NCBI GenBank assembly: GCA_964016885.1
Contig: OZ024746.1
Span: 54,002,001 to 54,066,000 of the forward strand
Source of the DNA: Eledone cirrhosa
Lineage: Eukaryota
Direction: 5' to 3'
DNA: 64,000 nucleotides
The notes below the pieces were generated by a model that did no database searches, was not told the DNA's origin, and was given only the letters and a program-made list of their open reading frames with translations. Positions 54,736 through 64,000 of this stretch are shown here, in pieces (within the stretch, counting starts at the first letter, position 1; every line of letters starts with the position of its first letter). The translations under genes and the position numbers were made by a program.

Positions 54736-54947
54736 ATATTTATTAAAATAACAGATTAAAGATTAAGAAAAGAATCGCTGCTTTCACCCTTAACGGGATC
54801 TTCTGAAACTAACAAAGTCAATCTGTAAACGCAGAACTGGATTCAGTTCTGCGTTTACAGATTGACTTTGTTAGTTTCAGAAGATCCCGTTAAGGGTGAA
54901 AGCAGCGATTCTTTGCTTAAACTTTAATCTGTTATTTTAATAAATAT
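54736..54947. repeat. 212-bp near-perfect foldback with a CAGAAGA-type HHR in each arm (54760-54810 minus, 54873-54923 plus)
   Basis: 4-nt loop GATT at 54840-54843; AGTTT CAGAAGA TCCC GTTAA GGGT GAAA GCA..TGC TT AAACT. Confidence 0.85.
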
Positions 54948-55047
54948 ATATATATATATACATGTGTTATATATAAATATATATACATATATATATACAT
55001 ATATATATATACACATATAGATATATACATATATATACATATATATA

Positions 55048-55124
<77 letters not shown>

Positions 55125-55187
55125 TACATATATATACATATAGACATATGTATATGTATATATATATACATATGTATATATATTTAC

Positions 55188-55231
<44 letters not shown>

Positions 55232-55305
55232 GTATATATATATACACACACACACATATATATATATTTATATATATACATACGTATATATATACATACG
55301 TATAT

Positions 55306-55361
55306 ATATAAAAGACGTAAAATAAGAAAATTTAAATTTTCTTATTTTACGTCTTTTATAT
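55306..55361. repeat. 56-bp perfect palindrome
   Basis: atataaaagacgtaaaataagaaaattt|aaattttcttattttacgtcttttatat. Confidence 0.9.
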
Positions 55362-55642
55362 TATTGTTCTGCATCCTCCTGCATTGAACCACCTAGGTAC
55401 TATGACATAACCTGTGTATTTGCTGGCATTAGCGTACATCTGTGCGTTTATGTTAGTAGATATATTAAATTATCTACATACGTATATATGTATATATACA
55501 TATATATATATGTATATATACATACATATATATACATATATATGTATTTATAATTGAATATACAAGGGAGATGAACACTATATATATATATATATGCATA
55601 CCATACCTATATATAACAATTCTAATATATATATATACACAT

Positions 55643-55683
<41 letters not shown>

Positions 55684-55687
<4 letters not shown>

Positions 55688-55947
55688 CTTGATCACCTTG
55701 ACCGACCAGTCTGTCGGGCGCCGATCGGCGCCGCTGGTCACAGCACGTCATGCTGTTTTAGCCATAAGATAACGCCATCCCACTGGCTGGGCGGGCAGGC
55801 CGGTACCCATTTCTACCGCTGAGTAAACTGGTGCTACGTGAAATAAAGCGTCTTGCTCAAGGAAACAACACATCACCCGGTCCGAGAACTAAACTCACAA
55901 CCTTTCGATTGCAAGCCCGATGCTCTAACCACTAAGCCATGCGCCTT

Positions 55948-55949
<2 letters not shown>
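55684..55949 (-). mobile_element. tRNA-derived CORE-like SINE with short tandem tail
   Basis: gaaggcgcatggcttagtggttagagc ... ttccttgagcaagacgcttta ... (tcaaggtga)x2. Confidence 0.8.
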
Positions 55950-55998
<49 letters not shown>

Positions 55999-56081
55999 CC
56001 TAGAAACGATCGTAAAATGATGAATTTTTTAATATAAGGAACTGTTTCTTTGTTTTTATTCATTATTTTTATTAATTTATA

Positions 56082-56136
<55 letters not shown>

Positions 56137-56441
56137 TGAAACAAAATGAAAACGAAATTTCATTTCTCACTCTTAGTATGGCACTTACTTTAAATGTAAG
56201 TATGCATGTATACGTACATACATATATGTATACAGACGTACAGTAGCATGCACATATATATATATATATACATATATATATACATATGCATACAGGTACA
56301 CATACATATATGCACGTATCAGTTTAGCGGCGCTTATTATAACGTCGCTTTGTTCGTTTGTAAACAAACTGAACAGCCTGAATTTATGCCATACGGTGTT
56401 AAGGCAACCACGTCACCTTTTTGTTCAATACTGACACAGGA

Positions 56442-56484
56442 ACGATGTACTAGTTTCAAGCTTGTTAGCTATCATCAGCACCGT
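56442..56484 (-). ncRNA. Type I hammerhead ribozyme
   Basis: ACGGTG CTGATGA TAGCT AACA AGCTT GAAA CTAG TA CATCGT. Confidence 0.88.
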
Positions 56485-56913
56485 TTACCCATCTGCCAGA
56501 TAGTTGAACGTTCGAAAGTATATACTTTCCTTATGAAAATTAACGGCTGAGCAGCCTAATTTGCATATTGAGTGACTTAAATCGGTCAGGCATACCGAAA
56601 ACGATAAATTGAAACAAAATAAAAACGAAATTTCATTTCTCACTCTTAGTATGGCACTTACTTAAATGTAAGTATGCATGTATACGTACATACATATATG
56701 TATACAGACGTACAGTAGCATGCACATATATTTATATATATACATATATATATACATATGCATACAGGTACACATACATATATGCACGTATCAGTTTAGC
56801 GGCGCTTATTATAACGTCGCTTTGTTCGTTTGTAAACAAACTGAACAGCCTGAATTTATGCCATACGGTGTTAAGGCAACCACGTCACCTTTTTGTTCAA
56901 CACTGACACAGGA

Positions 56914-56956
56914 ACGATGTACTAGTTTCAAGCTAGTTAGCTATCATCAGCACCGT
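56914..56956 (-). ncRNA. Type I hammerhead ribozyme
   Basis: as 56442-56484 but loop II AACT. Confidence 0.88.
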
Positions 56957-57197
56957 TTACCCATCTGCCAGATAGTTGAACGTTCGAAAGTATATACTTT
57001 CCTTATGAAAATTAACGGCTGAGCAGCCTAATTTGCATATTGAGTGAGTTAAATCGGTCAGGCATACCGAAAACGATAAATTGAAACAAAATAAAAACGA
57101 AATTTCATTTCTCACTCTTAGTATGGCACTTACTTAAATGTAAGTATGCATGTATACGTACATACATATATGTATACAGACGTACAGTAGCATGCAC

Positions 57198-57231
<34 letters not shown>

Positions 57232-57472
57232 GCATACAGGTACACATACATATATGCACGTATCAGTTTAGCGGCGCTTATTATAACGTCGCTTTGTTCG
57301 TTTGTAAACAAACTGAACAGCCTGAATTATGTTTGAAATTTGTTTCAATTTATCGTTTTCGGTATGCCTGACCGATTTAACTCACTCAATATGCAAATTA
57401 GGCTGCTCAGCCGTTAATTTTCATAAGGAAAGTATATACTTTCGAACGTTCAACTATCTGGCAGATGGGTAA

Positions 57473-57515
57473 ACGGTGCTGATGATAGCTAACAAGCTTG
57501 AAACTAGTACATCGT
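57473..57515 (+). ncRNA. Type I hammerhead ribozyme, predicted cleavage after 57509
   Basis: ACGGTG CTGATGA TAGCT AACA AGCTT GAAA CTAG TA CATCGT. Confidence 0.88.
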
Positions 57516-57758
57516 TCCTGTGTCAGTGTTGAACAAAAAGGTGACGTGGTTGCCTTAACACCGTATGGCATAAATTCAGGCTGTTCAGTTTGTTTACAAA
57601 CGAACAAAGCGACGTTATAATAAGCGCCGCTAAACTGATACGTGCATATATGTATGTGTACCTGTATGCATATGTATATATATATGTATATATATATATA
57701 TATGTGCATGCTACTGTACGTCTGTATACATATATGTATGTACGTATACATGCATACT

Positions 57759-57851
<93 letters not shown>

Positions 57852-58150
57852 CCATCTATGTACGTCAACTATGGCTATTTTGGGTAAAATGAGAAGAAAA
57901 AAAAGGAAAATAACAGACGTAATCGGATTAATCTCTTTTACGTAATTGTAACATTTTATCCTTCGCTTTAACCCCCCCCCCCCATTCATGGTATTTCAGC
58001 TTACTTCCTTTCCTCTTTCTTTTCTTTCCTATCTTTCTTACTCTCCTTCCTTTTCTTCTTTACTATCACTCACTGACTTTCGTTGTATTTTTTCTTACTT
58101 TCGACCTTTCTGTCTGTCTTATATATATAACTCATTCATTTTCACTTCGT

Positions 58151-58201
58151 CAAGTATGAAATTTGTAGAAATTCGCTTTCTTTCTACAAATTTCATACTT
58201 G
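58151..58201. repeat. Hairpin, 21-bp perfect arms, 9-nt loop
   Basis: caagtatgaaatttgtagaaa ttcgctttc tttctacaaatttcatacttg. Confidence 0.9.
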
Positions 58202-58293
58202 TCGACCGAATACATGAATACATACATCATATCATATATATATATATTTATATATAGAAATTACATGAATCAAAGTTCTGTTCAAATCATTTA

Positions 58294-58344
58294 TTCGCTT
58301 ACAATTGTTTCTTCCAAACCGAGGTTTGGAATCTTCGGACCAAT
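58294..58344 (-). ncRNA. HHR relic or variant (CCGAAGA core)
   Basis: CCGAAGA TTCCAAACC TC GGTTTGGAA GAAA CAATTG TA; stem I partly mismatched. Confidence 0.55.
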
Positions 58345-59214
58345 TTTTCAATGATTGTTTACATACTTGACCTCCTTTTCAACACAAGAGACATACAGAA
58401 ACATATGTATATATTGATGCACAGTGGGTTGACATCCATTATAATATTTAAGCATGGCAGTTTACATTTAAAGATTAAAGTCATATTAAAAGAAAATTAC
58501 AACAAAATTAAAGTTATAATACAACATTGGCAGTCTATGAAGGTGATGCAGGAGGATAGTTAGAAGCAGTTAGTTACACATGGGGCATGCACGTGTGTCC
58601 TATTTATATAAGAATATAGTGCGGTAAGGTGTTATATGGAATATAAACACTTTAAGCTGGCAATCAAGAGTATTATGGGAGTTGTATAGTATTTTATATG
58701 TATGATATAGAAGCTTGTGTGCAGAGAAATATTTAAAGTATTAAGAATGAGAAGCAAAACAGTGTTATGGTTTTTCGTATACACCACCATTTTCACAATC
58801 CAGGAAACGTAATATATAGATTATATGTCCTTCACATAATCTACGATGATTCAATATTGGATGCTTGATGAATAAGGTTGGAATATTACATCTTGATGTT
58901 CTTTAATCCAATATTATATAGCAGGTTGTTTTTGTTGCGAGGCTTAACATCGTATTATTTTCCGTATATATATATACATACACACTAACACAGGCACATG
59001 AGAAGGTACACGTTCTCCATACGGACACAAACATAGTTTTATATTATATTCAACGCAATTTCATTACAAGTAGAAATAAACAGAAAAAATAACATTTTCA
59101 TACACACATGCATGTGTATGAATAGCAATAAATGAATGGAAACACAATCCCCGTGTGTGTATGTGTGTTTGCATGTATATATGTATGTCTGTCTGTGTGT
59201 GTATATATATATAG

Positions 59215-59560
59215 TGCAAATTTATACGGGAACAAAACAGAGAGGCAGACAAATAAAGGTTTGTTAGGTTCACGCTTTTGAAGGGGGGGGGGGGGGCGTT
59301 TCGGGCATAAACCCTTCTTCAGGAGTAAATAGGATAGGAAGAGAGTTCAGAGGGTGTGTGGAAATACATTTAGAAAAAAGGGGGAAGGAGAACAAATAAA
59401 AGTAAACGTAAAATAAACATAAGAAGAAACAATAAGATGGGCAAGTGGTGGAAGGGTGTGAGGCGTGTAAGGTTGGTGGCGGGTGGAGTTGGGAGAGGGA
59501 GGCGGGGGGTCGAAGCGAGGAAGGCACACACATTTCATATATATATATATAAGTATTGAA
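59215..59560 (-). mobile_element. PLE pLTR fragment with HHR core (59297-59322)
   Basis: CTGAAGA A GGGT TTAT GCCC GAAA CG; homologous to 31105-31224 and 61950-62240. Confidence 0.6.
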
Positions 59561-59652
59561 GTTTCCGTTGAAAATTGAAAAAGTCATAGGGGTGAAGAGT
59601 GCTCTCTGTAAGTACCAGAGCAAAATTTAATGTATAATAAACAATACAATAT

Positions 59653-59730
59653 AATTACCTCATTACCAGAGGTTTCCTGAATAAGACGAATACGAAAAAC
59701 GTCCTCATTCGTTCGTCGGACAAGGCAATT
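59653..59730 (-). ncRNA. HHR variant (CCGACGA core, long stems I and II)
   Basis: AATTGCCTTGT CCGACGA ac GAATGAGGACG..CGTCTTATTC ag GAAA CCTCTGG TA ATGAGGTAATT. Confidence 0.65.
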
Positions 59731-60279
59731 TAAAACATAGTGAAATATTTGGAAAGTCTCCTCAAGAAATGCAAAAAATATATAAATAAAAGTAATGTAA
59801 GAGATATATAAAAAAATATAAGGAAATATAGTTAGGGTATGTGTATATGTATGTATATACCCTCACAAATGTACATATGGGTGTATGTACAAATGCATGT
59901 GTATGGTGAAAATGTGTGCGTAAGTACATATATGAGGGCAAGTATATTTGTGTATATGGGACCACAAATACGTATATAATATGAGTTGAAAAAGAAATTG
60001 TATGATAATATAGTTGACACATCCAGATACAGGTATTAAATACACATACGAGTATGAAAGCGAGCGTATAAACACACACACATGCCGGTCACTTATATGC
60101 GGATGATAAAGAGGTAAGGGAGTGTAATAGTAAAAAGAAGTGTCATTCTCGATATATGTATAAAAATGAAACAATATATGAGAATGAAAAAATGTTTAAA
60201 TCAAAGAGAAAGTAATCAATTAACACCAGAGAAAAGAAAACAAACATAAGTGTGTGTGTAGATAAATAGATATATTTAT

Positions 60280-60477
60280 CTCGGCTTCAATCGGGGGTAA
60301 CCACAGTAAGTAAGATACTCAATACACAGCCGACTATAACTATTTATTATAGAAACAGCTTCTAAAGGACTAGAACTGTTTCATTTAGGAGAAATCACAG
60401 GAAAGCCCTGATGAAAGTACTTTCCTGATGATTTCTCCCGAATGAAACAGTTCTATTCCTGTAGAAGCCATTTCTAC

Positions 60478-60480
<3 letters not shown>
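60280..60480. mobile_element. Head-to-head pair of PLE HHR segments (60359-60404 minus, decayed; 60421-60467 plus)
   Basis: TTTC CTGATGA TTTC TCCC GAAT GAAA CAG TTCTATTC CTG TA GAAG; same family as 51785-51918. Confidence 0.78.
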
Positions 60481-60560
<80 letters not shown>

Positions 60561-60562
<2 letters not shown>

Positions 60563-61370
60563 ATGGTCTTTATTCTATCTCGTCCACGATTTCACGGAAC
60601 TTATGTTCATCGATTTCAGGGACTTGACTCCTTCTTCCTCACTTTTCGTTGCATTACCATCTTTGATTGTTTACTGTCTCGCTCTTTCCCCTTATTTACG
60701 TGTCCCAACGACTTTCTTTAGCCGTTGCTCGCACCAACCAGAGGTTTATGGTCTTTAAAGAGATGAAATACCAATGAAGGTTGGAAGATCACTGATGAAG
60801 GACTAAATTTATTCATATGTAACCCATTTGCAACCACGAAGCACGCCATGTTTTCATATTCATATATAATTCCCTCCGCTGTGACCCGTCTGTTTCTTTC
60901 TTACTGCTTTCCCTTTTCTCTGTATTTCTCACTTCCTTTTATCCCCTCTAACAGTCACTATCTCTGTTAGCCTCTTCCTCACACTTTCACTCACTCACTC
61001 TCTGCTACTCCCTCTCCTACTTCCTTCCGTTTGACCTGTGCGAGATTCTTTCCTCACGCACACTTTGACCAGGTCGGATGGTATTTATTCTCTCTCGTCT
61101 ACGATTTCACAGAATTTATGTTCATCGATTTCAGGGACTTGACTCCTTCTTCCTCACTTTTCGTTGCATGACCATCTTTGATTGTTTACTGTCTCGCTCG
61201 TTCTCCTTATTTACGTGTTCCAACCACATCCTTTAGCCGTTGCTCGCACCAACCGGAGGTATATGGTCTTTAAAGAGATGAAATACCAATGAAGGTTGGA
61301 AGATCACTGATGAAGGACTAAATTTATTCATATGTAACCCATTAGCAACCACGCAGCACACCATGTTTTC
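60561..61370 (+). repeat. ~1.6 tandem units of the 515-bp repeat with permuted HHR-like strands
   Basis: ccaacc...ctgatga block at 60734 and 61249; (TA)n flanks. Confidence 0.85.
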
Positions 61371-61373
61371 ATA

Positions 61374-61469
<96 letters not shown>

Positions 61470-61949
61470 CTCTTCCGACCACCGCTTCATGGATTACCCA
61501 CACGCAGAAATTGACTTATAACCAATCCTCCAAACATCCTTGGAACTTACCAACTTTGCAACCATCCTCTTACGTCATCACCTATATAACTCACCCACAC
61601 ACACACCCCCAAAACATTTTTTTCTCCACACGCCACCCACACCCACAACACGCTTAAACCCCACACACACGTGCTTCCCACCACATATTTACACCCTCAG
61701 CCTCCTGATTCCTCTCCCCCACCCCCTATCCACACACGCACAGACACTCCGACCCACAAAGACACCCCACACACACACCTCTTCCTGAACATGCAACCCC
61801 GTTCTTCCCCCAACCCTTACTTTCACATACACACACACACACACACACGCACACCTACACACACACACCACCTTAAGCCCTCCCCGCTCGGACACCCCGT
61901 CTCCCTCTCCCCACTCCACCCGCCACCACCCATACTCACCCCACACCCT

Positions 61950-62240
61950 TCCACCACCTGTTTACCCCCTTTTAATTTCAGTTTATTTTGATCATGCTTT
62001 ATTTTTATTTTTTATCTTTATTTGTTAATTTTTCATTCGCACCGTTTCCTTTCGCTATATGTCTCTCCACCACTCCCCTACACACCTTTTGAACTCTGTT
62101 CCCACACACTTCTCACCTGAGGAAGGGCTTATGCCCGAAACGTCGTCCCCCACCTACCCCCCACTCTCCTGAGCGTGAAATTAATAAACATTTATTGTAC
62201 TGCCTCTCTGTTTTGTCCCTGTTCAAATTTTTCCCTTATA
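61950..62240 (+). mobile_element. PLE pLTR fragment with HHR core (62117-62147)
   Basis: CTGAGGA A GGGC TTAT GCCC GAAA CGTCGTC, then AATAAA. Confidence 0.6.
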
Positions 62241-62604
62241 TATATATAATTAATACAATAACAGAGATAGTTTAAAGCTAAACTCTGACTGGTAACCATC
62301 TCACTCAACAAACATTAGGTTATATTAAAATATAAACCCAATTTAAGTGTTTGGGGTGCTAACAATATGTATAATGTGGAAAAACCAGTTGTATTATTTT
62401 ATGAGATATAATTAAAGTTAAAGTATATCTCTCTAAGAAAGTAAGTCCATAGAATCATTTGATAAAATATATACAGTATTTCTCCCCCTAATTATTTAAT
62501 TAATTAATTCGTCATTGAGCCACACCGTGAATGGTTGCTAAAAACACACATAAATATATCTATGGCTCTGTCTAGTTTATGTATATGTAAACCCCTCCCT
62601 CCCT

Positions 62605-62689
<85 letters not shown>

Positions 62690-63717
62690 TACCTACACAC
62701 ATAAGCGCCTGAAGATTATGTCACAATTTTGATCTCAGTTACTCTCTGGAGATATGGTCAGTATTGGCGCTTGAGACCTTAGGTAGCGCTTTTGTTTCGT
62801 GAATGGACGTGAATAAATAATATAATATATCAGCTCTCGTACCGATTGAGCACTCTTTACCAATTTATTTTTTCACACCTACGGATATTTTCTACATACG
62901 ATAATATGTATAATTGAAATATGAAGGAACGAGGTGACGTTCTTACTTATTTTAATATTACACTCTGCATATGAAGGAAACCGCTATAGTTTAACACCAA
63001 ATGTAATGCCAACGCGTTATACTTAACCATGAGCATCACCGACGTGGCTTTTCCGTCCTGCTTGGGACTTGCCTATGGCCAACATTACCATGTACCGTAA
63101 AATGAACATATGAACATATGAAGATATGAACAAATGAAGCGATGCTTGTGCTTGAAGCTTTTTTATGTGAAGAAAGGCTTTGCACAGCGTCATTCCCAGA
63201 GAACTGGATGCAAACGAAGTGGCAGGTTTTATATCAGGGTGAACTTCTCGTAGGTGGATGTCTTAATAAAGACTAGGGGTCTCTCTCTCCTGAAAAAAAA
63301 AAAAAAAATGGATGGCCATTGTCTCTCCCGAGTTTCCACACTCTTTAACAAGTTTCGCTTTTCATCCTAGAAGGAAATACGTTTATAATTCATAAATATA
63401 TTTCCCCGGAGCTTAGTTCGAAAATTTGAGCTTTACACATGACGTTTGATTATATTTTAAAAAAGCTGTTTGATTTAGCTCCTTATTTTAACGGAAAGAG
63501 GTTGTCAGAGGTCTCTTAGATCAAGGTGTACAGCACTTAGCCTGTATCTGGGACAAAATTTAGCGTCATTGGCGAGATTTTCACGAATCTAGGTGTCTTT
63601 ACCCGATTTTTATAAGCTATGTTAAAGCAACTAACTGTAATTGCAGTTGTCTGGGCTTCCTGCATCTATGTTTATAGATGATATATATATATATGCGTGT
63701 GTATATATATGAGAGAG

Positions 63718-63761
<44 letters not shown>

Positions 63762-64000
63762 TTGTGTGTGCATATATATATATACATATGTGAGAGAGAG
63801 GGAGAAATGTTTGTATGAATGCTTACCTGCATGGAAGTATGTATGTAGGTACATGCCTTCATGATACTTTTGACTTCCGTTACAGGCCAGTATTTGAAAT
63901 AGTCTTACAATTTATACCGCCTGCTGCCAAATGCCATCACTGATAAAGTACATACTGACACTCATGTACGCATTCACACACATGCTTACACCAACACATA

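Larger units (their letters stand above)
56113..57762. repeat. HHR-bearing tandem repeat, array C (unit 472 bp; ~2.6 units, then an inverted ~0.9 unit from 57339)
   Basis: near-identical ORF-track hits at 56206, 56678 and 57150; reverse-complement copy 57339-57762; (TA)n flanks. Confidence 0.95.

Noticed and set aside
56206-57751. Repeated 114-aa ORF in the 472-bp unit
   Set aside because: Half is microsatellite-derived, the frame is not preserved in arrays A and B, and it is antisense to the ribozyme.
60700-60803. HDV-like, twister or pistol reading of the CCAACC/GGTTGG + stem pseudoknot
   Set aside because: No P3/L3, P1.1 or catalytic-C arrangement; hammerhead core strands fit better.
62760-63620. 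Possible host exon or transposase in unique-looking sequence
   Set aside because: No ORF of 60 aa or more and no motif I can recognise.

Overview
Repeat-saturated animal DNA with no recognisable host gene. It is very rich in (TA)n/(CA)n/(ATT)n and carries tRNA-derived SINEs of the kind I associate with octopus; the taxon is an inference. 1-20 kb is a chain of non-LTR retrotransposons inserted into (ATT)n/(TAA)n: two L1/Tx1-type elements (one with intact ORF1 and ORF2) and several R4/Dong-type RLE elements. The two Tx1 copies share a near-identical ORF2 but have divergent 5'UTR/ORF1 modules. 20-64 kb holds SINEs, MITEs, RTE, Helitron and Penelope-like (PLE) fragments, plus about 30 hammerhead-ribozyme (HHR) motifs from roughly 8-9 families, all folded by eye. 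Highlights: (i) a 428-472 bp tandem repeat with one minimal type I HHR per unit and usually an ATGCAAAT octamer (retrozyme/satellite-2-like); (ii) HHR-bearing repeats that recur as divergent inverted pairs, usually bounded by microsatellite; (iii) core variants (UUGAAAA, CAGAAGA, CCGANGA); (iv) a 515-bp repeat whose HHR strands appear in a non-circularly permuted order; (v) a possible 52-53 nt intron that would fuse Tx1 ORF1 and ORF2 in frame. No ribozyme activity or expression can be shown from sequence alone.
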